Below the pieces are notes generated by a model. That model saw only the letters and a list, made by a program, of their open reading frames with translations. It searched no databases and was not told where the DNA came from. A DNA stretch of 64,000 bases from Adineta vaga. Lineage: Eukaryota; Animalia; Rotifera. Shown one piece after another: positions 51,001 to 63,662 of this stretch. The stretch is from assembly GCA_021613535.1 (NCBI GenBank), contig CP075492.1:3162001-3226000 (forward strand), read 5' to 3'. Within the stretch, counting starts at the first letter, position 1. Every line of letters begins with the position of its first letter. A program made the position numbers and the translations under genes.

Positions 51001-52660
51001 TATCATCAAATCCATCTTTATCGAAGTCACCTACACCAGTAACAATAGACCACGGCTCATCAATAACTAAATATATCGATTGATTTGAAAACGTTCCATC
51101 ACCATTTCCCATAAAAACTCCCACGCTACCACTATCAATATCAACTACTACAATATCAAGTTTACTATCATTATTGAAATGACCCATATCTACTGAGCTT
51201 GGTTGTGATTCTGAACCAGTTGAATAAATTTTTTGATCAGAAAATGTTGCATTAGAATAAGCCAGTAAAATAAATATATTATTCGTTGCATAATTAGCTA
51301 CAGCAATATCTAATCGTTGATCATTATTAAAATCTGCTCCAACAATAGAATATGGTTGAGAATTTGAACCAGTTGAAAATATAACCTGATCTTTGAATAA
51401 TCCATTTCCAAGACCAAGAAAAACGCCAACATTATTAGTACCACTATTAGAAACAACAATATCAAGTTGATCATCATGATTAAAATCATCAATAATAATT
51501 GAAATTGGTTTAGAATTATTTCCTGTTGAATATGTTCTTTGTTCTGTAAATGTTCCCTTCGCATTTCCAAAGAAAATACAAATATTATTCAGAGCTAAAT
51601 TAACAATAACAATATCCAAATAATTATCTTGATTAAAATCTGCTACATCAATATCATTTGGATAAGATCCAATTCCAGTGGATATAATTATTCGATCTGT
51701 AAATGTTCCATTTCCATTTCCAAAATAGAATTCAATATTATGCAGACCAGAATTAACAACAGCTATATCAAGAGTATTATCATTATTAAAATCTTTAATA
51801 GCAATTGATAATGGTATTGAATCATAAGTCGAAGATAATTGAATTTGATTTTGAAGAAGACCATTATCATATCCAAAGAGAATTCCAACAATATTTGTTC
51901 CATAATTAGTAACAACAATATCAATATATGAATCATTATTTAAATCATTCAAAGCAACTCTTAAAGGACGAGAAGATCCAACTGAATAGACTATTTGATC
52001 TTGAAATGTTCCATTATGATTACCAATAAGAATGCCAATTGTATGAGAACCAAAATTTGATACAACTATATCCAAATAGCCATCTTTATTTAAATCAGCG
52101 ACGGCAATGGATGAGGGTTGGGAACCTATACCAGTTGAATATGTCATTTGAGTTGTAAATGTTCCATTACCCATTCCAAAAAAGATTCCAATATTATTCG
52201 TACCCGAATTAGCTACAGCAATATCCATTTGTTTATCACGATTAAAATCATATGTAACAATACATTTGGGATAAGAATTACTACTGATAAATTGATAATT
52301 GATTGTTTTTATAATCACTTCACATGTTATTTCTAAAGAATATTTAAATCTTTTCTCTCCAATCTATGTTACGAATAAAAAATATTCCTACTTGATTTAT
52401 ACGATATGGTGAAATACCAACCAAAATTGCGACTATCATTGATAGAATTGTAAATAAACTAAATACACCCACACCCTTCCAAGTACGATATTTAGATCTA
52501 AAATCAAAGCGTGTTTTTTTTGTATGAAGATTAAAATAGGATAAACATACCGAAATTGATGAGATTGAGTGTTATTATCTGTATCCATATGAACATCGTT
52601 TACATTCGATAAATTCTCTTCAGAATGTAATTGCTCAATGGTGACAACTGTCTTCTCCAT
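48026..52660 (-). CDS. type II membrane protein with large FG-GAP/VCBS repeat ectodomain (possible 1-nt frameshift in exon 2)
   Basis: 1430-aa exon of tandem D(F/L)NxDxxxDIxVxN...FLGxGNGxF repeats; exon 1 MEKTVV..HQFR (from 52660), exon 2 SKYRTWKGVGVFSLFTILSMIVAILV (TM); acceptor at ~52333. Confidence 0.85.
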
Positions 52661-54704
52661 GATATACACAAATGCTGTTTGAGAAAAATCAAAAAGAAAG
52701 AAAACTTTTTACAAGAATATAAACGTAGTGTATTGGAATAGAAAAACATCCAAATAATTTTTATTTCGAATACGGATTTGTTAAGCTATGAGAATCATAA
52801 GGCGATCTATAGATAACTGGAGGTATACTTACGATGTAAATTAATACTGGGATGTATTGAAGTTATTTTGTGTGTTAATAGTCAATTTAGATACTTGGTT
52901 TTTTCCAAGTAATGTTTGTTTATATGTGAAATAACAAAGCTTAATACTTTATACACACAATTATATGATTTATATGAATGATTTTTTTTCGCACATGTTT
53001 TCATCATAACGCTGTGCAATACAGTTATGTCTTTCTTTTTTTTGAATTTATGTTAGCAAGAAAAGATATTACTTACCGTTACCTTTTTCTTGTTTTCTTT
53101 TCGTTCTTATGTATATATGATATATGTTTGAGGGTGGGTGTGGGTGCTGATATTCCTTCTTACCCATATTTACAATAGAATGAAATTTTCGTTCGAATAT
53201 ACATAAAAGCAACTCTATAGTAGCTTCATCGACTAGAAATTATGCCAAAATAGATGTCTCATATTTCCATATGCTTAATCTTTATATAGATACGATGAAC
53301 AGCTGTTATTTCTTGAAGTTCTCGAGGAACGTTTTATGACTATAAATCTATCGAAATATCCTAAATAATAGTCGCGTTTGGGAATGATTTTGCCATGAGC
53401 ATAGTTGAAAACCATTATATAAAAAGTTGTTTCAATTGATAATCGAGAATACGATGTAAAGAATATGGATGAATTGCAAAATTATTGTATCGTTTAGAGT
53501 AAAAACTGGATGAAAAACAAAAATTTTCGATTTTGAACTCGATCAGTGATGTTTTTAGTTGTACTACATGAGAGGAGAAAAAGTATCAAGTTTATCCATT
53601 ACCGTATTTAGTAAAGCTCTGATATACGAGAAACATTGGAAAATCTACTGAATGATTGTACCGCTGTTGGATCGAAAAATGGATTAAATATTAGATATTC
53701 GCAGAATGTGTTGAAAATACTTCAGTTTATATAGTCCAGTGTAATGATGCACGATCATACAAACTCTCTAAGTGCACTATTCTTTATATAAAATCTCACG
53801 TGTTTCATTGAATGTGACAACTATAGATATTTAGATTTTATTCGCCACTTATAAGCTTTCATTTAAAGCGTCCCCCGACAGATTTTGAATACTTTGTTAA
53901 ATTGTTTAGGCGTTTGTAAATCTCGATCGTGTGACACTATATCATGCTTCAGACATTACATTAGTATTCGAAGAAAAACGTATCATAAACTGTGATGATA
54001 GAACGAACCAGTTTAAGATTCGTCATGTTTACATACTGCGTACTGTAAATTCCAACAATAGTGTGGAAATTCAAATGACAGGACATATGGGCCAGTTATA
54101 GTTCATTTTCTGTCCATAGGTGGTAGCAGAAACTACTTATTGCATCCTAGTATATGCAGTATCTCGGAATAGGATAATGATAAATTCCTGATTTTTTTTG
54201 TGTGATAGTGAGGATCAACTAGAGCCCCAAACTCAGAACTGTTCATAAAGATTGATCAAGAGGAATTGCGGAGTTATTCATCGTATACATCGTTCATAGT
54301 CATGCTTCTGAATAAATAATAAATGTTTTATACAAGATTATTCATTGTGTATGTTTGTTGTTTAAATATAGTAAATAGTTGTTCTATCTGTGGCATTGAT
54401 TCAATGTACTTTTGACGGTAGTGAACGTCAAAGTCGTGTGTGTTTTTTGCTTTCTGTGCGGTGAGGCAAAAAGAGAAAGAAAAAAAAGAATAGAAAAAAG
54501 AACGTAAAAATACAATCACTTCTTTATCTTGGACTGGTAAGAATTGAGAGTGGCAAAGACATTTTTATTATATAAAATAATTCAAAGCAGCAACTAAAAC
54601 AAACATATTTCACTCCTCCATCAGTAACGATCTCATTACGTCAAGTAATTCTCTATCAAATAAAATGAATGAATAGTTTCTTTTTTTTAGTATATTACAC
54701 AATA

Positions 54705-55532
54705 ATGAGTGCACCACCTCGATACATCATTCGTAATGCTCGAAATGAAAGAAATTTTGATGACATGAATCATGTACAGCCCAAAGAAATAAGAGTATCA
54801 TCGATAAGACCACGTTCGTATAATGACGAATATCAATATCAAGAACCAAGATATAATAATAGACAACCAATTCCCCCACCACCGTGAATATTAACTTTAG
54901 ATGATGATTCTTATATACTATATTATATTCTTTTTTTATTTTCAAGTAAATCTCGTAGTTGGTGTTCGAAAGCATGTGTAATTGGACTTCTTATTGGTTT
55001 GACAATTGGTATACTGATTGCTGCTGCAGTTGCAATTCCACTTGGTCTCATCAAACGACCAACTCCTGCATTTGGTAAGCAAAAATTCTTGGTATACAAA
55101 GAATATTCTTTATTTATTTTAGTTCGAGGTGAAGTTTCTTCTACACCAAATTGGATTGGAACATTTCAAATGGATAGTTCATGTGATACAAGTACATGTT
55201 GTTGTTTTACAAATCAAATTTTCCTAATTCAGACAAGTTCGAATTTATTACAATTAAATGGAAGTCTTTCTGGTCGATGTATTGGTTCTACAAGTTTGGT
55301 GTCTTATGCGCTATCAATGCCAACAAACTATGCAGTAGCATTTACATGGTTTGGACAAGCAATTCGTGTAATTCTAAGTCAAGATAATTCTTATCTAGCA
55401 CTTGTGGATAATAATGTTGGATATTGTAGTGGTACTGCATTAAGAACATCTTATAGTAATAGTAGAATTAATAGTGTCAATTTACCTTTAATGATATTTA
55501 TGTTTTTGATTATTATCGGAATAATTATATAA
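54705..55532 (+). CDS. membrane protein with C-D-x3-CCC domain, 3 exons
   Basis: cytoplasmic N-terminus, TM (VIGLLIGLTIGILIAAAVAIPL), introns ~54884-54946 and 55075-55122, WIGTF..CDTSTCCC..GRC..FGQAIRVILSQDNS..YC, hydrophobic C-terminus. Confidence 0.7.
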
Positions 55533-57191
55533 TCAAATGAAACAGAACTTTTGTCCTTAGACATTCAGTGTATTTGCACGAAGTATCGCGATATTTTTTA
55601 TTAATATACTGTGACTTTTATACCAAAACAACTTTTCATTAGGTGGTAATAAAAAAATTGATTCATATTTACATATTTAACTAACATAACGTCAGAAATG
55701 GACCAGATAAGTCATACCTTGAAATAATATGAAATTTATCATTTTCAAACGATAGTGATGTCTCACGATCTAAGGACGTGATTTGACGTTGTACATATAC
55801 AGAAGGTTAAGATTGATACTGTTATCGTTTATTTATTTCATTGACATCTATGATGACTTTTTAAAAGAGGATATAATTAGCGTAAAATGATGTATCGATC
55901 GATGTTGACCTTTCTTTTATTCTGTCCTTTCCTTTTCTAAATCATATGCATATTTAGATAGACATGACAGAAACGGAGAGAATTAACTAGTGTGAGCAAT
56001 CTTGCTATTCACCAATGTGTCCTTATAATTTAGACCGAAACAATTGTTAATTAAGTCAATATATCTGATTACATACCGTAGGCAAAATGGATCATATTTT
56101 TACTAATACTTCATCTAGTTCAAATGCTGTGTAAAAACTGGGATTTGCGTTTGATTCAAGTCCTTTTTTTTAAAGGTTCCATAATGACGCATAGTCTGCC
56201 TATAGAAGCATACTAGAATATCGTGTGTGAACCGTTTATTTTATGAATTCCATTTTTCCATGTACAGGAGAAATGCAATAAAGTAAACGCACAAAACAGA
56301 TAAAGAAATAATTTCCAATAATATTTATTCATACTGATTTTTCAGTAATTAAATTACTTTTCAAGAAAATGATTTTGCTACAAAATCAGATTTCCTATTA
56401 TATGCCAATATCCTTTATTAAATCAAATTTATTCCTATACGAATGAGGGTGGGGATATATTTTCCTCTTTATACAACTATTCATGCATTCTCTTTTATCC
56501 ATGGTTTCAAAGACATTCGTCTAGCATTTTTCTTTCACTGCTTTATTTACTTCATGTTTTAAAAAATCTTACATTTAATTTGCTCTGCCTTCAAAAAGTT
56601 CTTTTTCTCTTATTTACTATTCCATTTGGCAGTTAGTTCATTTCATATGATTATCGAAATGTAATTTGATGCATTGTCCTTTCTGTAGGACAATTACAAC
56701 TTAGTTTTATCATTATCAGATCAGATCAGATCAAAAACTATAAGGAAACTGAACATTGCTTTGTCATTGCCAATGAACATGAATAGAAGATGAGTTTTCA
56801 GTAAAAACGATTGTTTGAACATAACACTATCATTTTACAATGGAAAAACTATTTCAATAAATTTAAAACTGAATTCTTTAGTGAATATTACTTCTATAAA
56901 AAGAAACACATGATAAATGGAACATAAAACTATCATCGAATCTAGCAAAAAAACTTACTGTTAAGTTAAATATAACTATATTTATAGAATATTGTTCAAA
57001 TACTTACAGAATAATATTTCAAGAGTGACTAAAACTGAAAACAAGATATACATGCATCTAAATGCTTTTATAATTTATTTTCTCAAGTCTTTCATATAAT
57101 TAATATGAATACAGTGTGTGCAATTTTGTATATTATATGAATTTATGATAAGTTTATTGTTATGTCTATGATATTTAAGACAAAATTTAAT

Positions 57192-57543
57192 TTATTGCCC
57201 AAAAGCGATGCACAGATTGTCGATTATAAATTGAGTTCTATTTTGTGTTCGATCACTATTCATGCATAACTCCATGTCCTACTACAAGTGTTATTGTGTC
57301 AGTATTCTCATAGAAACCACAATTTATCCATAAGGAAGATCTAAATATTGTCTTAAAAGTTCCTCCAGATGTAATCTGACCAGACCTGTAAGCAGTTAGT
57401 TTAATATCGATAGAACCATACCAAGTGCTATATAAATTCATAGAATCAAAAGAAAAACGAGTTCCATTTGCATTATGCATCGCAAAATTGCCACTGAGAG
57501 CAGCACTTCGATAACCCCTCATCGGCTGGAGTTGTTGAGACAT
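57192..57543 (-). pseudogene. 5'-truncated fragment of a beta-rich extracellular domain
   Basis: GYRSAALSG..FSFDSMNLYSTW..IKLTAYRSG..FIIDNLCI with a frameshift near 57260; begins directly at a telomere-repeat hairpin. Confidence 0.45.
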
Positions 57544-57733
57544 CTTGGGATTGGGTGTGCGGTGAGTGTAGGGTCCACAACCTCACTCACATATGTCACA
57601 CTCACACCCAGAAACACATACCAAAACCGAAACACCCACACATCACACTGACACCTATCCCGCAAAAATCAACAAAATAAGTGAGATACATTTATGTTCG
57701 TGATTAATATATATATTGATCTCCCATTGTTCA

Positions 57734-59629
57734 TTAACAAAAAGCTAGTGATTGTTTCCCCGGTCGAAAGTCTGTAACGTTAAAATCAAGACGCTCATCG
57801 TTCTCATAATAATAGTATTCATAATCGTCAATATCATAATCGTCAGTATAATAACCGTCACTATTATAAATACATTCATCAAAATCAATGTCAGAATCAG
57901 AAGTATCATCGTAGGTGTCACAGTTTCCTTTGGACGAATATATATTTGCTTCCAAGGCCTGATTCTGCAACCATCTTTTCGTTTGAATAGGCATATGCGT
58001 ATTGAATGAAAACACTTTCATCTTTGAATATTTTACTAATTCGTTTATTACCAATAGTAAATGTTTCGGTCCATCACAGTAACATTTTAGTCGTTTAATA
58101 TTTGAAAACCGTTTGCAGACTTTCATTATTTCATAAGCATCATAGAAGTAATCACCTAAAACATCTAATTCTGTTATATTTTTGCTGATATATTCACATA
58201 CATCCTGATTGCTGAAAAGTGAAAGTAAAGTATCCTTTCGGATTTTCAACGATGATATGTTTGACGCTTCTTTCATTATTAATAATAATACTAGTGGAGA
58301 TTCGATATCGAGTAAGCACGACGAGATATCAAGTTGCTTTAAGTTATATAAGTTAACGATCATCTTCAGTGACTTTATGTGTTTTGTTTCTAGAGGAGGA
58401 TATGTATCAATACTGCGCTCATAGTCATTATCTAGTGTTAATGAATTAACAGATGAAAAATAATGTTCGCAAGTAGTTGTTATACTCTGCAAAGATAATG
58501 TTAAGATGGTAACTTTGTCAAATGTGCCTAAATCAGTATTCGATACATCACAATATCTTTCGGTATATGATATAAGAGTATATTCATTTGATGGATAAGG
58601 TATAGTATAAATGCATGCACAGCTCTTCGAAAGTGCACATTCAGTATACCAATGGTTTTGATACCAGAAATCATTCTGGAAGTGTTCAAATCTTTTATAA
58701 ATGTCGTTGTCTTTACGAAGATATGTCATGCCAAATTTGAATTGGAAGTTAGTTAATCGGGGTAATACAGATTCAATCAATCGTTGCCAATCTTGAGGAT
58801 TAAGAATTTCCAAATCATTTTCAACAGAGATTGTTAAACTACTCAGATTAGGTGTTTTTCTTAATATCGTTTCAAGCGAATTAAAGCTACCAAAGTAAAC
58901 CGGAGAACCACGAACAATCAGTTGTTTTAAATGAGTAGCAGTGTGTTCATTCGTCGAATTAAGTTCGTCGATTTTCCACCAATCACATCCCTTTAAGTAA
59001 TTTATACTAAGATATTGTAGTTTGGGAAGATATTTAAAAAAAAGACACACTCGCGACACCGAACAACTATGAGAAATTGTTAAATTAATAACTGACGTAA
59101 ATGGATCAAGAACCGCGAAATTCAGTTCTAGCACTGGCACCGATAATGATTGTATATTAGATCTGGACAGTGCTGTCACGATGTTATCGATTTCCTCCGC
59201 CCATTTCTTAAAGTAAAAGTCCTATAAATTAAATAATAACAGTAAAGTACGTACCATATCCTTCCGTGCATAGCCTTCGTAGTCTACAGCCAAACATAAT
59301 GATCGAAGATGAAGAAATTGATCGAGCGAAAAACGTGACAAAAATGTAGATATTTGGTCATAAACAGTTTCATGGGACAAGTGTAAAGAGCGGATTCGGT
59401 TTTTAATTCCGGGATTTGATAATATCTGTTCACAAAATTGATCAAAAGTTGATTTTTGTACATGTCGAAAATTCAACCGCAGAGGAATACTTCGAATAAG
59501 ATTGTAATACCGGTTATTTAGAAAATCGAATGCATAGAATATATCTGTTCCATTGAGATATTTGAAGCATTCCAGGAGTATCTCGTTTGGTAGGAGCTCA
59601 AATTTCATAACGTCCTGCATATCACCCAT
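57734..59629 (-). CDS. F-box/LRR-like protein with acidic tail; one short intron ending at 59222
   Basis: KFELLPNEILLECFKYL..DIFYAF..LNNRY F-box start; WQRLIESVLPRLTNFQF, FQNDFW, IYTIPY; the two ORFs share a frame across the intron. Confidence 0.85.
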
Positions 59630-59973
59630 GATGAGAAAAAAGGTTTACTTTCAAAGTCTGCTATCTTATCTTTCTATAAAAAAAAGATAGTAGTTCAGTA
59701 TATAATGTTTCTTCATGACTTATATTCGGATCGCAGATAGAGAAAGCATGCCTCACTGAGGTCAAACAGAGACCCCGAATATTCGAGAACGTCCGTTTGA
59801 TAATCGAAACTGGAACTACGTCAAATGAAGTAGTCCTGAGATTAAAGACAGGATAATTGGGATGAGGACTTAATTGTAACTTTTATCTACATAACAAATG
59901 TTAAGTAAATAGCATGTGGGTGTAAGCGTGGGTACAATTATTACTTTCATTTCATATTCTGACCCACACCCAC

Positions 59974-60695
59974 GGTGAAAGACACAACCAAAATAGCGAC
60001 TATCATTGATAGAATTGTAAATAAACTAAATACGCCGATGAATCTCCAAGTGCGATATTTTGAGCTAAAATCAAAGTGTTTTTTTGTATGAAGATTAAAA
60101 TAAGATAAACATACCGAAATTGATGTGATTGAGTGTTATTATCTGTATCCATATGAACATCGTTTACATTCGATAAATTCTCTTCAGAATGTAATTACTC
60201 AATGGTGACAACTGTCTTCTCCATGATATATACAAATGCTGTTTGAGAAAAATCAAAAAGAGAGAAAACTTTTTACAAGAATATATACGCATTGTATTGG
60301 AATAGAAAAAAAATCTAAATAATCTTTATTCCGAATACAGATTTGTTAAACTATGAGAATTATAAGGCGATCTATAGATAACTGGAGGCATACTTACGAT
60401 GTAAATTAATACTGGAATGTACTGAAGTTGTTTTGTGTGTTAATAGTCAATTTAGCTACTTGGTTTTTTCCAAGTAATGTTTGTTTATATGTGAAATAAT
60501 AAAGCTTGATATTTTATACACACAATTATATGATTTATATCAATGATTTTTTCTCGCACATGTTTTCATCATAACGCTGTGCAATACAGTTATGTCTTTC
60601 TTTTTTTTTAATTTATGTTAGCAGGAAAAGATATTACTTACCGTTACCTTTTTTTGTTTTCCTTTCGTTCTTATGTATATATGGTATATTTTTCA
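59974..60695. repeat. duplicate of ~52408-53127 (upstream region + exons 1-2 of the FG-GAP gene), pseudogenised
   Basis: near-identical sequence; in-frame TAA in exon 1; bounded on both sides by telomere-repeat hairpins (59916-59973, 60696-60752). Confidence 0.92.
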
Positions 60696-60752
60696 GTGTG
60701 GGTGTGGGTCTGGGTGTTAGTGTTACATCTATCTAACACCCACACCCTCTCT
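60696..60752. repeat. telomere-repeat hairpin with TTACATCTATCTAA spacer
   Basis: gtgtgggtgtggg..gggtgttagtg-ttacatctatctaa-cacccacaccctc; same spacer at ~4735 and reversed at ~33047. Confidence 0.8.
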
Positions 60753-61118
60753 TTGGGGACGTTCCAAAAAAGGAACACTTTGCATCAATTTGATCAGTAT
60801 AAAACTGGATTATGAGCTTAGTTTTATTGATAAAGTAAAATATACAACGATGAGGACAAAATATTGATTGTTTACAAAACGACTAGTCGACGAATAATAC
60901 GTAATTCAAAGTTTTATGCTTTCATAGAATAATTCATTTCGTCAGTGGGTATTTTAACATGATGCGAATGAAAGAAAAAACAATGCAAATGTTGTTCTTG
61001 CTTGTTGCTACGCTACCAACATGAATATTGACTCATGTTTTGCTTTTTCTCCTCTGTTAAATTCGGTTGTAAAGAGAACAGAATATAAGAAAAGTGAAAA
61101 TTACATTGAAATATAACG

Positions 61119-62246
61119 ATGCTCGGGTTATTAACCAGATCTAGTACAAGTATTGATCCAAACAGCAGTGTTATATGGGTTGATTCTGATCCAAATATTC
61201 GTCAAAGTACAGGATTACTTGAGGCTCAAAATTGGCGTGTAGCATGTTTTAATGAAACAGCCGATGCACTAAATGCTCTCCGTCAGAATCGTTTAATACC
61301 AGATAAGATCAATTGTATTATTACAAGTATGATGGAGCGTGGCGGTAGAAGAGAACGTGGACTTTTAAATGGATTACAGATGTTAGACGAAATGAAAACT
61401 ATTTGGAAGGAAGCATGTAGTTACTGTCCACTTATAGCTATCATTACTCTGACAGCAGATGTACAAGAATGTCAGGAACATGGTGCTACTGTTATTGTGC
61501 ATGGTGATCGCAGAAAAATGCTGCTTCAAGTGATCGATCTTCTGAACAAAAGTCCAAATAGTGAACATCGAGAGAAATGGCGAGAACCATCTCTGTTACC
61601 ATGTTTACAGTTAAGAGAAATAGCCAAAGCATATCTCGATACATTGAATCTTGATAGGAAATACTTTGATACATTCTGTGATCATTGTTTCTGTAAGACT
61701 TGTTCATCAAAACGAATATGGGAAAGATGTAATGAAAAATATGCATTACCTATTGGTTACTATCGTTTTGGTTTGTTACTTCGAAATGAATTTAATGAAA
61801 GACGTGCTGATGTGCAAAATTGGCCAGTAGCATATCATGGAACTCGAAGACAGAATATTGATTCGATTCTTAGACATCGTCGGATTATGTTTCCTGGTGA
61901 TCGACTAGATGACGGTACCGTTCTACCTGTGCGACTTGGTCAATGTCATGCTCTTGGGTCACCTGTCATTTATGTTTCACCTACTATTCTTTATTCTCAA
62001 CACGATGTTTATACACCTCCCGAACACTTTCATCATGGTTCACCTTTCAATTCAACAAAGTATAAGATCAAGACAGTCCTACAATGTCGAGTAAAACCTG
62101 AATCTTTTCGAAAATGTCGAGAAACACTCGGCTTTAACAATATAATCATTGATCAAGATTTTAATAACAATGAAGTCGAATGGGTGGTATCCGATAAGAC
62201 AGCAGTTGTTCCATATGGTCTTCTCATTGGCATTTTTCCTGAATAA
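61119..62246 (+). CDS. receiver(CheY)-like domain fused to NEURL4-type ADP-ribosyltransferase domain
   Basis: intronless 375 aa; N-terminal VIWVDSDP..V.CF....DAL..L..CIITS.....NGLQML..PLIAIIT...GA; C-terminal CFC..C..YALP.GY.RF, WPVAYHGT, IYVSP...YS, LQCRVKP.SF, EVEW, PYGLLI. Confidence 0.8.
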   Translation: MLGLLTRSSTSIDPNSSVIWVDSDPNIRQSTGLLEAQNWRVACFNETADALNALRQNRLIPDKINCIITSMMERGGRRERGLLNGLQMLDEMKTIWKEACSYCPLIAIITLTADVQECQEHGATVIVHGDRRKMLLQVIDLLNKSPNSEHREKWREPSLLPCLQLREIAKAYLDTLNLDRKYFDTFCDHCFCKTCSSKRIWERCNEKYALPIGYYRFGLLLRNEFNERRADVQNWPVAYHGTRRQNIDSILRHRRIMFPGDRLDDGTVLPVRLGQCHALGSPVIYVSPTILYSQHDVYTPPEHFHHGSPFNSTKYKIKTVLQCRVKPESFRKCRETLGFNNIIIDQDFNNNEVEWVVSDKTAVVPYGLLIGIFPE

Positions 62247-62742
62247 ATGAATATTTTCATCTTGAAAGTGAGAGTGTGGATGTCATAAGAGAAATATAAG
62301 TCACACTCACCCTCTAAATTTCGTGTTGACTCGTCTACTTAATTCTATTCATGTTTTATTAAAAATTGTTCTTGAATTTCGATTTGAATCATATTCAAAA
62401 TTCACACATTTTTTACACAGCGATGTGCAACTGTTCATAAGAATCTGTTGTAGATTGAAAGACTGAAAGAGAAAATTTTAACTGGTTTATATTAATTATT
62501 TTCAAAGTATTTATATCTCATTTCCTCAACTGCATTTCTTTAGAAAATAATATTTCATAATTAAAATGTATATGTATTTAATAGATCAAAAAAACAATTA
62601 TTTTCTTTTTTCTACTGTATAACTCTAATTTTTCATCGCCGCGCAAGAATTTATATCTAATAATCATAAAATATGAAGTATCTTTACGAATATCTATTTA
62701 ATTTCAGGTAAAAATCTTTCAATTTAAAACATTCGAATCTAT

Positions 62743-63662
62743 ATGTTTGTTTTCTCTTTCTATAGTAATCCAACGAGTTTATCAATTATTACAGATACTC
62801 AATATTGGTTTATTCCCCTGGATATTTTTCGAATAATTTGTTTAATTTTTACAATTCTTCTTGGGATAGGTTTTTCAATACTTGTCATTGTTGATAAAAC
62901 ATGTCATACAATTTCCATAATGTTAATATCAAATACATGTTTAGCTCAATTATGTCCAGCAATCAATACACTTCTAATGGTTATATTTACATTACGAAAT
63001 GATCTTCAACAAATTCAATATCAAGATACATTTTGTATGCTTCGAGGTTATTTTACAAATGTATTCTTTGCAGCGACATATTATTCTTTACTTTTTCAAG
63101 CTGTTTATCCAACTCGTTATTATTGTCAACGACGAAATATGCAATTATTTTTCATTATTTTTTCATGGTTATTAAGTTTGTCATATTATTTAATATTGAT
63201 TTTTAAAAAAGATATGGTCTATAATACTGAAAGTCATATATGTCAAGCCATTGTTCAACTTTCTCTTATGGCCCTTTATATTGTATCAAGTATTTATATT
63301 ATTCCCGTTTCAATAATAATGTTAATTTATTTGAAATTAATTCGATTTGTTAAACAAATGTGTAAACGAATTGCACATGAAAATACTTTACATCGCGAGC
63401 AAAACGAGAATTGAAATTAATTCAACGCATTGTTATTTTAATTGCTATATTATTAACAGGTGGTTTGCCATATACTTATATTGTTTTTAAATCATTCATT
63501 AATTATCCTCCAAAGTATCATTTTCGAATAGCTTATATATTTCTTGATGCAACATTACCATTTGTTATGATCGTGATGTTTCTATTTACAAAACCATTGA
63601 AAGATGCAGCAAAGAAATTAATCAATAGACGATATAATACTACAAGAACATCGATGGGTTGA
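62743..63662 (+). pseudogene. orphan class A GPCR with end-of-TM3 deletion and frameshift at ~63410
   Basis: 7TM split over ORFs 62743-63414 and 63411-63662; FQAVYP lacks the expected (D/Y)RY segment. Confidence 0.65.

Noticed and set aside
48026-52318. periodic DNA repeats as a CRISPR-like array
   Set aside because: periodicity is protein-level FG-GAP repetition; no identical repeats with unique spacers, no cas genes
52465-52482. acacccacacccttcc as another telomeric hairpin arm
   Set aside because: lies in FG-GAP exon 2 (codons W-K-G-V-G-V); no partner arm
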